A stretch of 64,000 nucleotides of DNA from Candidatus Dormibacteria bacterium (GTDB taxonomy: Bacteria; Chloroflexota; Dormibacteria; Aeolococcales; Aeolococcaceae). Below are positions 29,195 through 38,934 of this stretch, one piece after another (the stretch's first letter is position 1; every line of letters starts with the position of its first letter). Position numbers and translations under genes: made by a program. Location: contig JBMFXB010000005.1 of assembly GCA_049964715.1 (NCBI GenBank), positions 3,708 to 67,707 of the forward strand. The letters run 5' to 3'. The notes beneath the pieces were generated by a model. The model had not been told where the DNA came from. It saw only the letters and a list, made by a program, of their open reading frames with translations, and ran no database searches.

Positions 29195-29737
29195 TTGAAC
29201 AGTTTTGCTCCTTCCCAAAATCTCTCCCCAGGGGTCAAGATTGCAATAATTGGCGCCTTCTTTTGCCTGTGCGGAATTACATTTGCACTGGTGACATTTC
29301 TGCATGCTGGTACCTTTCGCTTTCAGCAGCAGTACTTCTCGTCTCCACCGTGTCCTGCAGGTGTCCTGCATTCGGCAACATGCATTACGACTGTACAGGC
29401 AACTGTTGTCCAGGATTCCACCTCAGAGCAGTGTGGATACAGGTCATGTACTCCATACCTCAATGCAACGTTTCTCATTCCACCAGCCACATCAGTTTCA
29501 ACCAGTATCGATGTCCAGTTCGATGGCACTGTAATCTGGCCGAGCGGAACACCTGCAGTACTCCGGATCTGGAACAACACCATTACTGATGTGACAGTGG
29601 ACGGACAGCATTTCCAGACCACCTCATATCCCACAGGTACAGGTGGTGAGACTGCATTTTATGTCACATCCCTCATCTTCATTGTTCTGGGAGCTCTCAT
29701 TGTGACCTATGGACTTGTCTGGAAGAAGACTCCGTAA
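29195..29737 (+). CDS. 2-TM membrane protein (paralog B, intact) with an extracytoplasmic Cys-containing beta-rich domain
   Basis: 180 aa. It has an N-terminal TM (IAIIGAFFCLCGITFALVTFL), a roughly 110-aa domain with four Cys and two NxT sequons, and a C-terminal TM (SLIFIVLGALIVTYGLVW). About 50% identical to paralog A. Confidence 0.55.
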   Translation: MNSFAPSQNLSPGVKIAIIGAFFCLCGITFALVTFLHAGTFRFQQQYFSSPPCPAGVLHSATCITTVQATVVQDSTSEQCGYRSCTPYLNATFLIPPATSVSTSIDVQFDGTVIWPSGTPAVLRIWNNTITDVTVDGQHFQTTSYPTGTGGETAFYVTSLIFIVLGALIVTYGLVWKKTP

Positions 29738-29784
29738 GCAACACCATGGAGCTGCTTGCTTCCAGCAGGACCACATGCTGGACT

Positions 29785-30765
29785 TCAGACTTCTTCCTGT
29801 CGTACATCCTGGAACAGGGCATGGCAGTATCCATACGGATCGAAGAACTGCATGTCCTCGATTCCCTCACCCAGGCCAACCAGCTTCACAGGGATGCCAA
29901 GCTCCTCCTCAATTGCAAAAACCATGCCTCCCTTGGAAGTGCCATCGAGCTTGGTGAGGACTATGCCCGTAAGCGGAAGGGCCTTCTGGAACTCCCTCGC
30001 CTGCACTATGGCATTCATTCCCGTTACAGCTTCAAGAACGAGAAGGATTTCATCGGCTGGCCTGCCAAGCTTGTTCTCAATGACTTTCCCTATCTTTGAA
30101 AGCTCCGCCATGAGCTGGCCCTTCGTATGGAGTCGACCTGCAGTATCGACAATGACTATGTCTACATTTCTCGACTGCGCAGCGGAAAGTGCATCAAAAA
30201 CCACTGCCCCTGGATCAGCTCCATCCTTGTGTGCAACCATGGTGGCTCCGCTTCGCTCAACCCACACTGCCAGCTGTTCCTTGGCAGCAGCCCTGAAGGT
30301 ATCCGCTGCAGCAACAAGAACACTGAGTCCCTGGGACGCAAGGAGATGTGCGAGTTTTCCAACTGTCGTTGTCTTGCCATTGCCATTGACACCTACGACG
30401 ACTATGACTCCTGGAAGGGACGATCCTCCAATTCCCCTGTTACGTTCCATGAGACGTTGCACCATGAGCTGTTCGAGCATCGTTACAGCTTCACCGGGAT
30501 CATGAATTTTCAGATCCTTTGCTGCAATCCGAAGTCGTGCAACGAGTTCTTCAGCCATGTCAAGGCCCATGTCTCCGCCAAGAAGAGCTTCCAAAACCGT
30601 GTCATAGAATTCGTCATCGAGCTTCTTTCCGTGTCGGAGGAAGCGAAAACGTGATGCCTTTCCACCTCCCACACGTGATGCATTTGACTGCCACCATCTG
30701 CGGCGGCTCTCATTCTCGGATGGGGACAGTGCTGTTTGGTGATGATCCAATTCGTCCTGGCTCAT
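29785..30765 (-). CDS. ftsY: signal recognition particle receptor FtsY
   Basis: SRP-GTPase NG domain motifs: GVNGNGKTTT, DTAGR and TKLDGT. Confidence 0.9.
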   Translation of the reverse strand: MSQDELDHHQTALSPSENESRRRWWQSNASRVGGGKASRFRFLRHGKKLDDEFYDTVLEALLGGDMGLDMAEELVARLRIAAKDLKIHDPGEAVTMLEQLMVQRLMERNRGIGGSSLPGVIVVVGVNGNGKTTTVGKLAHLLASQGLSVLVAAADTFRAAAKEQLAVWVERSGATMVAHKDGADPGAVVFDALSAAQSRNVDIVIVDTAGRLHTKGQLMAELSKIGKVIENKLGRPADEILLVLEAVTGMNAIVQAREFQKALPLTGIVLTKLDGTSKGGMVFAIEEELGIPVKLVGLGEGIEDMQFFDPYGYCHALFQDVRQEEV

Positions 30766-33700
30766 GCTCCAGAACCCGAATGCACAGTATGCTGCTGCGG
30801 AGTTCCAACAAGCTCTGTCACGTCTTCACTCTCGTCACTGTGCACATCCTGCTGCAAGTTGATACGAAGAACAGTGCTCATTCCCTGTCTGTTCACTGTC
30901 ACCCCATACATGACAGATGCTGCATGCATGGTCAGTTGATTGTGCGTGACGACTATGAACTGCCGTTCCTGTGCAAGTCGTGCGAGCAGTTTCACAAGAC
31001 GTTGAACATTGCTGTCATCAAGGGATGCATCAACCTCATCAAAGACATAAAAAGGGCTCGGCTGAGCCTGCTGGAGTGCGAGAAGGAACGCAAGGGAAGT
31101 GAGTGCCTTTTCACCACCACTGAGTCGCTCGAGGGGCTGACGGCGCTTCCCTGCAGGTTGTGCCACAAGATCAATGCCTGGAAGTCGCAGTTGGAGTGCA
31201 CCTGGTATCCGCTCTTCAGGATCATCATCGGACACTGCTGTTTCTGCAAGGGTTATTGATGCTGTTCCACCAGGAAAGAGCTCACTGTAGAGTTCTGCGA
31301 ACGTTGCTGCAACAGTGTCAACTGTTGCATGGAATTCTGCTGCACACTGCCCGGCGAGGAGCTTCTCAAGTGCTCCAATTTCATCACAAGCACCAGCAAG
31401 CTCGTTCGCACTCCTCTCCAGCACCTGGCACCGTTCCCCCAGAGCTTTTGCCTCTTCTGGAGCAAACGGATTGACTGGTCCCAGTGCAGCACGCTCCCGT
31501 TCCAGCCGCCGCAGTTCACGGTCGTTCTGTTCAAGATCAAAGACTTCCGTATCGTCATCAGTCTGTCCGGAGCGGACATGCTGTGACAGAATGGCAACTT
31601 GTTCCTGTGCCTCGTGATACATGTCGTCAATATGCACGATCTCCTGTTCAATCGTCTCAAGTGCAACGAGTGCATCCGCACGTTCCTGCTCACATGTCCT
31701 TCTGAGGGTTTCACATTCTTCACGCTGTGCACGGAGGAGGGAGAGGTTTTCCACTTTCCCTGCAAGTTCACTGTGTGTCGCACGGGAAGTCGTTCTACTC
31801 AACCTGCACAGCACCAACCCGGAAAGGTACTGAAGTTCCTCACGTGCCAACTGGAGTGTCCACCGTCGTTCCTGCTGCTCATGGAGTGCAATGAGGGATC
31901 TCTGACGTTCCAGACCTTCTCTGAGGCTGTCCCGCTCCCGACTGCGCTCACTGATGACGAGCTCATGTGAACGAAGTTCTGCAAGAAGTGTTCCTGACAG
32001 TTCTTCGCATGCATGCAGTTTGCCTACTTCTGCATCGCTCTTTTCCTTCAGGAGCACAACGTGTGAAGCCATCCCGCATTGCCGTTCCTGTTCTGTTCGC
32101 ATCGTCACTTCAAGGGCAACACACTGTTCATTCTGGGCATTGAGTGATTCTCTTCGCGCCTGACATGCCAGCTCTTCATCCGCAAGAGCCTGAAGTGTGC
32201 GCTTCCTGTGTTCAAGTGCAGCAGCTCGAGCCTGTTTCAGTTCCTGGAAGGTTCCCTCACGATCTGTTACCTCACTACGGATGGATGCCATAGCACTCTC
32301 TGCCTGCTGCTCCACGACACGAGAAGCATCCACAGCATCACTATGCTCCTTGCGCACCATTTCGAGATTCCGGATCTCATCCTGTAAGCGGAGTACATCC
32401 GTCGTCGTTCCGGGAACGATGCAGTGATACTTCTCAAGCAGGGTTCCATCTGGAAGAACTGCCCGATACGAACCATCAGCAACGATGTTTCTTGCTTCAT
32501 TCAACGTACTACAGCAAACAATCCCGTCACACAGTATATGCACCACATAGGAGAGTTCAGGGTCGCTCGTCGTCACGACATCACTCAGATGCATCTTGGT
32601 CGGATGATGTGGCGACGTTCCTGGCTTCATCGTTCCTGAACGTTCCCAGAGTATGTACCCACCTTCTCCAGTAGAGTCGGATCCATCCCACGCAGAGACA
32701 GATGGAACACAGTAGGCAAACAGTTCATTGCCTAGGACAGCCTCCACAGCGGAACGCCATGAGGCATCATGCACCTCAATGTGTTGAAAGAGACGTGTTG
32801 CACCGTGAACACCAGCTGCGCCATGATCTTGAGATCGAACAATGACATGGAGAGCTGACTCTGCTGCAGCGAGAGAACTTTCTGTAATGGCGAGTACCTT
32901 GGCAGCTGCACCTGCAACGCGCTGTGCCTCTTCGAGAGCAGTGCGCGAGGCATCTCGCATTGCAATGCACGATGCAAGGCTTGCCTGTGCTTCCTCCACA
33001 GCTTGCTCAAGTCGTTGGACCTCGCGCAGTGCAGCTGTGTCATCTTCCCGCAATGCCTCGAGTCGTGCAGTACGCTTCGCAATATCCTCCGCAGTCCGCT
33101 CACAACTATCCCGTACCTGAAGAAGTTCTGCTTCGTGTCTGGCTGCAGCAGTTTCAACCTCATGCCACTCTTTCTGCAGTGCCATGTACGCATTCTCTGC
33201 CTCTCGAACAGTCCGACGGAGCTCCTGCTCACGGCCCCGGGCAGCATCAAGCTTCGATCGCAGATCATCGTGCTCTAACTTTGCTACCTGAAGCTCCCCT
33301 TCTGCATGGGAGAGTCCCTCTTCCAGTGCTTTTGCTTCATGCATTGCACGAGCTTGCTCACCACGTCCGTCTTCTCGTTGGTGAAGAAGCCGTTCCCATC
33401 TGAGTCGTGCATCACGTACCTGATCTTTGGCAGTTGCGAGTCGATGTTGAGCAGCACTGTATGCACTCCGGAGCACTCCAATGGCATCACTTGCACGGGC
33501 ATCTGCCTCATACAAAGAGGCAGACTTCGTTTGCAGTTCAGCGAAACGAGCCTCAATTGCTCCAAGGGTCGTCTTCCGTGTCATACATTCACGTTCTGCT
33601 GCAGTGCGCTTCCTCACAAGGTCAGCAACACGGGACTTCGCTGTCCGCCATTCTGCACGATCACGGTCTCCTTGAAGTTCATTGATTCGTGAAGAGATTT

Positions 33701-34367
33701 CACGCTCCCGAAGCGTTGCAGTCGCCTGTTCTTCAAGTCGGTCCCATTGTGGTTTCAGCTCATCAAGGAGGGATGTTGCTGCAGCAATCCGACGTGATGT
33801 ATCTTGAAGGATCACGGATCCTCGCTGGAGGACACCTGCATACAGTCGTATACCAGCAGCCTCCTCAATAAGCTGCTTTCGCTCATTGGGACTTGCATAG
33901 ATGATTGCATCAACATCGTGTTGAGCAATGATTGAGTAGCCATGAACCATGAGACCAGTGGCATTGAGAAGTTCTTCGATGTCCATTCTTCGAACTCGCT
34001 TCCCGCACAGAAAATACTCCGTTTCACCACCACGAACGATACGTCGGCGTATTGACACATCGGTATATGGCACGGGAATGGTCTCATCGCTGTTGTCGAG
34101 GACAAGCTCAACTTCAGCAACATTCATCTTGCCTGCAAGGGATGTAGTCCCTTGCCTTCCACCACCAGCGAAAATGACATCATCCATTGTTCCGCCACGC
34201 ACTTCTCGTGCCTGACGCTCACCAAGCACCCACCGGAGGGCATCCACGAGGTTGCTCTTCCCACTTCCATTCGGACCAACAACAGCAGTCATGCCAGGAC
34301 CAAAGAGAAGCTCATTCGACTTTGCAAACGTTTTGAATCCGAAGAGCCGTACTGACTTGAGTTTCAT
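30762..34367 (-). CDS. smc: chromosome segregation protein SMC
   Basis: 1201 aa. N-terminal Walker A (GPNGSGKSN), long coiled coils, a hinge, and a C-terminal signature LSGGEKALTSLAFLLA plus Walker B (YVFDEVDASLD). Confidence 0.95.
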   Translation of the reverse strand: MKLKSVRLFGFKTFAKSNELLFGPGMTAVVGPNGSGKSNLVDALRWVLGERQAREVRGGTMDDVIFAGGGRQGTTSLAGKMNVAEVELVLDNSDETIPVPYTDVSIRRRIVRGGETEYFLCGKRVRRMDIEELLNATGLMVHGYSIIAQHDVDAIIYASPNERKQLIEEAAGIRLYAGVLQRGSVILQDTSRRIAAATSLLDELKPQWDRLEEQATATLREREISSRINELQGDRDRAEWRTAKSRVADLVRKRTAAERECMTRKTTLGAIEARFAELQTKSASLYEADARASDAIGVLRSAYSAAQHRLATAKDQVRDARLRWERLLHQREDGRGEQARAMHEAKALEEGLSHAEGELQVAKLEHDDLRSKLDAARGREQELRRTVREAENAYMALQKEWHEVETAAARHEAELLQVRDSCERTAEDIAKRTARLEALREDDTAALREVQRLEQAVEEAQASLASCIAMRDASRTALEEAQRVAGAAAKVLAITESSLAAAESALHVIVRSQDHGAAGVHGATRLFQHIEVHDASWRSAVEAVLGNELFAYCVPSVSAWDGSDSTGEGGYILWERSGTMKPGTSPHHPTKMHLSDVVTTSDPELSYVVHILCDGIVCCSTLNEARNIVADGSYRAVLPDGTLLEKYHCIVPGTTTDVLRLQDEIRNLEMVRKEHSDAVDASRVVEQQAESAMASIRSEVTDREGTFQELKQARAAALEHRKRTLQALADEELACQARRESLNAQNEQCVALEVTMRTEQERQCGMASHVVLLKEKSDAEVGKLHACEELSGTLLAELRSHELVISERSRERDSLREGLERQRSLIALHEQQERRWTLQLAREELQYLSGLVLCRLSRTTSRATHSELAGKVENLSLLRAQREECETLRRTCEQERADALVALETIEQEIVHIDDMYHEAQEQVAILSQHVRSGQTDDDTEVFDLEQNDRELRRLERERAALGPVNPFAPEEAKALGERCQVLERSANELAGACDEIGALEKLLAGQCAAEFHATVDTVAATFAELYSELFPGGTASITLAETAVSDDDPEERIPGALQLRLPGIDLVAQPAGKRRQPLERLSGGEKALTSLAFLLALQQAQPSPFYVFDEVDASLDDSNVQRLVKLLARLAQERQFIVVTHNQLTMHAASVMYGVTVNRQGMSTVLRINLQQDVHSDESEDVTELVGTPQQHTVHSGSGA

Positions 34368-35407
34368 TTCTTCATCTTCGGTTCTGGACGGTGCCCTTGT
34401 CTAGGCCGACTGTGTACCTGACGAGCATTTTCCTCCCGGGAAGCAGCAGAATCATCCTTCGCTTGAGACTCAACTTTCGACCTGGATGCTGGGGCACCCC
34501 GTCGAAACAGGCGTTCAACAAGAGATTTGACACCACGATGCTGGGTATCCTGCTCCACAGGTGTGGTCGAAATGCTGTGGTCACTGGCCTTCGTACGATG
34601 GGGCGAACGGTGCAGCACTGAGTCAGGCTTCACATTCTTCTGTGCAGGATGTGTACGGCCTACAACCTGATCATCGTGGTGCGTTCTCCTTGCAGTGCCG
34701 AGCATGTGCTCGAGTGCATTTTGCGCAGCACTTTGCTCTGCAGCCTGCTTTGAGCCTCCCGTTCCCACACCCAGGATTTCTGATCCACGAAGCACTTCAG
34801 CATGGTACTCATGGACATTGTTCTTTGTACGGTGTGCTGTGACCCGGTACGTTGGTGCTACGCCATGGAGTTCCTGAACCCGCTCCTGGAGGTGTCCCTT
34901 GTAATTCTCATCCTCGATGGATTCGACATCACCCCCAACCTCCAGGAATATGCGAACTGCCTCGTTATACCCATGATCGAGAAATACTGCTCCAACCATT
35001 GCCTCGAACACATTTGCAAGCAACGATGGTGTCTGCCGGGCTCCTATCTTGTCTGCACCCTTCCCCACAAGAAGGGCATCCCCAAGCTGCAGTTTCTCCG
35101 CACACCGCGCAAGTGAGCCGGTATTGACAAGTGCAGCACGAATTCTCGTGAGTTTCCCCTCGTCATACGTTGGAAACCGCTTGAACAGGTATTCTGCAAC
35201 GACAAGTTCGAGAACAGCATCTCCAAGGTACTCAAGACGTTCATTGTCACGCCCACCTCGGTGCTGTTCATTGCTCCATGAGGCATGAGTCATTGCCTCA
35301 TGGAGCAACGCAGTGGAGTTGAAGCGGATACCAATGCGCTTCTGGAGGGCATCGAACTGATCCCGTTCATGGGCAGTAAGGAACTGCTCATACGGTGATG
35401 GAGTCAG
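34364..35407 (-). CDS. rnc: ribonuclease III with a roughly 110-aa basic C-terminal extension. No canonical start codon. Candidate CTG start overlapping the acpP TGA.
   Basis: RNase III signature [20 protein letters not shown] plus a dsRBD. The ORF-track N-terminus (35408-35842) overlaps all of acpP in another frame, so it cannot be real. The first in-frame ATG/GTG/TTG is already inside the conserved catalytic region. The stop overlaps the smc start. Confidence 0.75.
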   Translation of the reverse strand: MTPSPYEQFLTAHERDQFDALQKRIGIRFNSTALLHEAMTHASWSNEQHRGGRDNERLEYLGDAVLELVVAEYLFKRFPTYDEGKLTRIRAALVNTGSLARCAEKLQLGDALLVGKGADKIGARQTPSLLANVFEAMVGAVFLDHGYNEAVRIFLEVGGDVESIEDENYKGHLQERVQELHGVAPTYRVTAHRTKNNVHEYHAEVLRGSEILGVGTGGSKQAAEQSAAQNALEHMLGTARRTHHDDQVVGRTHPAQKNVKPDSVLHRSPHRTKASDHSISTTPVEQDTQHRGVKSLVERLFRRGAPASRSKVESQAKDDSAASREENARQVHSRPRQGHRPEPKMKK

Positions 35408-35652
35408 CTTTCTGCTCCGACCTTCTCCTGAATGTAGTCCCACGCTTCCTTCACTGTCGTGATCTTCTCCGCGTCCTCGTCCGAGATCTCCATGTGATAC
35501 TCTTCCTCGAACGCCATGATCAGCTCCACCAGATCCAGGGAGTCCGCGTTCAGATCGTCGACGAACGATGCTTCCATCGTCACCTTCTCCGGCTCTGCTC
35601 CGAGCTGCTCCGCGACGATCTCCTTGAACTTGTCGAAGTTGAGTTCTGTCAT
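35404..35652 (-). CDS. acpP: acyl carrier protein
   Basis: 82 aa with the DSLD phosphopantetheine attachment motif ([22 protein letters not shown]). GAGGA RBS 7 nt upstream of ATG 35652. Confidence 0.9.
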   Translation of the reverse strand: MTELNFDKFKEIVAEQLGAEPEKVTMEASFVDDLNADSLDLVELIMAFEEEYHMEISDEDAEKITTVKEAWDYIQEKVGAES

Positions 35653-35854
35653 TCTTGTTTCCTCGAGGGTTGTTGGTTGGTGGGGTATTCGTTGCATCAT
35701 ATGATACCGATTCATCCCCACTTGGCGGGGTGAAGGCGTATGGACCTGATGCACCATCCACAGGTGCCATCGGTACTTTATGGGATCGTCCTCGGGACTG
35801 CTCACTTTTTTTCATATCCACTGGTTCGTTGTCTTGTATCATGGGAACCTCTCC

Positions 35855-36613
35855 TCACATGCCCAGTCCGCCATCTACCTGCACCACTTGACCAGTGATA
35901 TATGCAGATTCAGGAAGAGAGAGGTACCAGACTGCGGAAGCAACCTCTTCCGGACGTCCAAAACGTCCAAGAGGTACTACTGCTGCAGCCTCATCCCTGT
36001 CTGTTCCCTCAAGAAAGGCAGTCATATCTGTCTCAATGAAACCTGGTGCAATGGCATTGACAGTTATCGACCTGGAACCAACTTCCCGGGCAAGGGCCTT
36101 CGTCATGCCAATCATGCCGGCTTTGGCTGACGAATAGTTCACCTGTCCTGGATTTCCTCGTACTCCTGCAATGCTCGCAATATTGATAATCCGACCACTC
36201 CGATGCTTGAGCATGGGTTTAACCGCAGCACGAGCAACGTGGAATGCAGCAGTGAGATCGACCTGGATAATTTCATCCCAATCCTCGTCCTTCATCCTCA
36301 GGATAAGGCCATCCCGCGTCATTCCGGCATTGTTCACTACAATGTCCAGTCCACCATATGTGTCAACCACTGTAGGGACTAGTGCATCAACTGCTTCGAG
36401 ATCATGAAAGTCACACTGGCATGCACTCACCTTTGCTCCCTGACCTTCAAGCGCCTTTACCAGTGCAAGGGCTTCATGTTCGCGTGAAGCATAGGTAAAG
36501 ATCACCGTTGCTCCTGAGAGTGCAAGCCGTTCCACAATGGCCTGCCCAATACCACGAGAGCCGCCCGTTACGAGAGCAACCTTGTCTGCAAGTTCCGTAT
36601 CAGGCATGGACAC
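35855..36613 (-). CDS. fabG: 3-oxoacyl-[ACP] reductase
   Basis: SDR motifs [11 protein letters not shown] and NNAG, and a YSSAK catalytic tetrad. Typical FabG length, positioned next to acpP. Confidence 0.9.
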   Translation of the reverse strand: MSMPDTELADKVALVTGGSRGIGQAIVERLALSGATVIFTYASREHEALALVKALEGQGAKVSACQCDFHDLEAVDALVPTVVDTYGGLDIVVNNAGMTRDGLILRMKDEDWDEIIQVDLTAAFHVARAAVKPMLKHRSGRIINIASIAGVRGNPGQVNYSSAKAGMIGMTKALAREVGSRSITVNAIAPGFIETDMTAFLEGTDRDEAAAVVPLGRFGRPEEVASAVWYLSLPESAYITGQVVQVDGGLGM

Positions 36614-37544
36614 TCTCCTCCACTGCAGCTACAAGCTCGTCAAGTGAATCAAGATCCTGCAATGAATGGACTGTTGCTCCGGGTACACATCGCTTGATGA
36701 GACCAGCAAGTACTGTCCCAGGGCCACATTCAATGAACACATCTGTTCCAAGACCGACAAGTGCCTGGACGGACTCCTCCCATTTGACGCACTCCTCAAC
36801 CTGATGCTCAAGCCCAATGCGAATTGCATGAGCTTCCGTGTGAGGAGCTGCATCCCAGTTCTGTACGACAGGAAACATTGCATCCCTCAGGTTCATTTGC
36901 TCAAGCATGCGAGCAAACTCCTCAGAAGCATCATGCATGAGTGGAGAATGAAATGCACCGCTCACATTAAGGGGGACAACGCGTCGTGCTCCTGCTGCAG
37001 TGAGAAGAGGTGCTGCATCCGAAAGAGCCTGCTTTGCTCCACTGATGACCACCTGTCCTGGAGCATTCCGTCCAGCTACAGCAATTGGTCCAGAAGACTC
37101 CGGTATCCCTGCAATCGTGCGTTCAACTGTCTTTACATCAAGTCCGAGAACAGAAGCCATTCCACCGTCCCTCATGGCCCCCATGGCACGTCCCCGTTCC
37201 ATCACGAGTCGAAGCCCATCCTCCGGGGAAAGCACATCCGATGTTGCGCAGGCAGCATATTCCCCCACACTGTGGCCAGCTACACCGACAACAGACCAGG
37301 TGGGTGGCAGGGCATCGACAACGCCAAGCCCTATCGTTGTCTCAACGACGTACAGTGCTGGTTGGGCATAAATAGTCTCAGTCAGGGTGTCGAGCGATCC
37401 TTCCATCAGACGAGGAAGGTTTAAACCCTCAATTGCTGCCACTGCACAGAGTTTCTCAAAGCGTGCATTGTTCACCAACTGCTCATGCATGCCCGTTCGC
37501 TGGCTTCCCTGACCAGGGAAACACAGCGCAACATGCACAGTCAT
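36600..37544 (-). CDS. fabD: malonyl-CoA:ACP transacylase
   Basis: Motifs FPGQGSQ and the active-site GHSVGEY. Start taken at [15 protein letters not shown]. The ORF-track start at 37709 would overlap rpmF. Confidence 0.85.
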   Translation of the reverse strand: MTVHVALCFPGQGSQRTGMHEQLVNNARFEKLCAVAAIEGLNLPRLMEGSLDTLTETIYAQPALYVVETTIGLGVVDALPPTWSVVGVAGHSVGEYAACATSDVLSPEDGLRLVMERGRAMGAMRDGGMASVLGLDVKTVERTIAGIPESSGPIAVAGRNAPGQVVISGAKQALSDAAPLLTAAGARRVVPLNVSGAFHSPLMHDASEEFARMLEQMNLRDAMFPVVQNWDAAPHTEAHAIRIGLEHQVEECVKWEESVQALVGLGTDVFIECGPGTVLAGLIKRCVPGATVHSLQDLDSLDELVAAVEESVHA

Positions 37545-37590
37545 CGTACTCCCTCTCTGCTGGCTAGCATGATGGGAACGAATGACATCG

Positions 37591-37767
37591 CTACTCAGTG
37601 ACCACCACTTCCCTGCCGTCGTACGAACCGCAGTTGGGGCACACATTGTGCGGCAGCCGCATATGTCGACACTGCGGACAAGGAACGAGGTTTGGGGCAC
37701 TGAGTGCATGATGAGAACGACGCATGTCGCGACGTCGACTGGTCACACGCTGTTTTGGAAGTGGCAT
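37591..37767 (-). CDS. rpmF: 50S ribosomal protein L32
   Basis: The 58-aa product is MPLPKQRVTSRRRDMRRSHHALSAPNLVPCPQCRHMRLPHNVCPNCGSYDGREVVVTE. It has the L32 N-terminus (KRKTS-RRRDMRRSH) and a CxxC…CxxC zinc ribbon. GAGGGA RBS. It is missing from the ORF track, which has a 60-aa cut-off. Confidence 0.75.
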   Translation of the reverse strand: MPLPKQRVTSRRRDMRRSHHALSAPNLVPCPQCRHMRLPHNVCPNCGSYDGREVVVTE

Positions 37768-37865
37768 TCGTTAGTCCCTCATCACGAAAGTACTGGTTGC
37801 GCGCATGCCTGCACGCAAGGCTCATATTCACCTAAGTATACCTGATCACACCTTCGACATTCTCG

Positions 37866-38417
37866 CTACTCGTCTTGATGCTCAGCATGGCGAGAACGGC
37901 TCTTCTTTGCAGGTCGTGCTGTGGGAAGTGTCTCCAACCCTCTTCGTACTGTCGAAAGTGTCTTGGAAAGCTGCTCCTCAAGTGTGCCCATGACGGATGA
38001 AGCGTAGCGATCTGCCTCATCGCAGACCATCCTTGCACGATCCTCAGCCTCTGCTACCGTGATGGCAGCCCGATTCTTTGCCTCCAGAAGGATCGAGTGC
38101 TCGTTCACCAATTCCTCAGCCCGTTCCTTCGCATGTTCCAATACTGACTGTGCTTCTTCCTTGGCACGGGAAAGGTGATGATCACTCTCCTGATGTGCTG
38201 CTGTGACTATGCGCTCACGATCCTCAAGAATTCCACGGGCCTTCACAATCTCGTCAGGCAGCGTGCCCCGAAGCCGATCCACGAGTTCGAGCACATCTTC
38301 TTCATTGACAATGACGTTTGCAGAAAAGGGTACTTTCCTTCCATTTGAAAGAAGGTATTCAAGCTCATCAAATACCTCGACAAACGACAGTTCCACCTCT
38401 TCAATTTCTTCAGCCAT
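37866..38417 (-). CDS. hypothetical coiled-coil protein in the conserved slot between coaD and rpmF
   Basis: About 183 aa from MAEEIEEVELSFVEVFDELEYLL. Acidic, helical, no Cys, so it is not the CxxC-type DUF177 usually found upstream of rpmF. The ORF-track start at 38558 overlaps coaD. Confidence 0.45.
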   Translation of the reverse strand: MAEEIEEVELSFVEVFDELEYLLSNGRKVPFSANVIVNEEDVLELVDRLRGTLPDEIVKARGILEDRERIVTAAHQESDHHLSRAKEEAQSVLEHAKERAEELVNEHSILLEAKNRAAITVAEAEDRARMVCDEADRYASSVMGTLEEQLSKTLSTVRRGLETLPTARPAKKSRSRHAEHQDE

Positions 38418-38934
38418 TGGGCTTCTCCTTTCCGCGGCGGTAATCCGCGAATTTCGCTTCCATGGCACGAGCGCATGGGTGCGGAATGAGCGTATCGACA
38501 TTGCCACCGTTTCGACAGATTTCCCTGATGATACTCGAGGAAACAAAGACGTTCGCAAACGATGTCATGAAGAACATTGTATGAACTGTTGGGTCAAGCC
38601 TGCGATTCATGAGAGCAATCTGAAACTCGTTTTCAAAGTCACTTACGACGCGAAGGCCACGGACTATGGCTGTTGCACCAATTTCTCTTGCATATGACAC
38701 TGTCAGTCCTGAAAATGTCGCAACCTCAACTGTCTCCTTGCAGGATTCTGGAAGGCTCGCCCGGATGAGTTCCATGCGTTCCTCAACTGAGAAGAGCGGT
38801 ATTTTCGTAGAATTCTCACCAACTGCAAGCACTACACGGTCAAATACCAGCAGAGAACGTTCAAGAATGTCGAGATGGCCGTTCGTAAGAGGATCAAAAC
38901 TCCCAGGGTACAGCGCTATCCGCTCGCGACTCAT
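38410..38934 (-). CDS. coaD: phosphopantetheine adenylyltransferase
   Basis: Motifs ALYPGSFDPLTNGHLDIL, the (H/T)xGH family and ISSSxIRE. Confidence 0.9.
   Translation of the reverse strand: MSRERIALYPGSFDPLTNGHLDILERSLLVFDRVVLAVGENSTKIPLFSVEERMELIRASLPESCKETVEVATFSGLTVSYAREIGATAIVRGLRVVSDFENEFQIALMNRRLDPTVHTMFFMTSFANVFVSSSIIREICRNGGNVDTLIPHPCARAMEAKFADYRRGKEKPNG

Noticed and set aside
28769-29600. Conserved N-x-T sequons (LNATF, WNNTIT) in both 2-TM paralogs as evidence of N-glycosylation
   Set aside because: Bacterial PglB-type sequons need an acidic residue at -2. No glycosylation genes are in the window. The conservation is more simply explained by paralogy.
30762-34367. Numerous 60-180-aa ORFs on both strands inside smc (and likewise inside recG, clpC and the 870-aa membrane gene)
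   Set aside because: All lie within, or antisense to, long well-supported CDSs with strong motifs. They are compositional artefacts of GC-rich DNA.
35408-35842. 146-aa N-terminal extension of the RNase III ORF
   Set aside because: It overlaps the entire acpP gene (DSLD motif, proper RBS) in another frame and has a low-complexity G/R/D composition. It is treated as a spurious open frame, and rnc is started after acpP.
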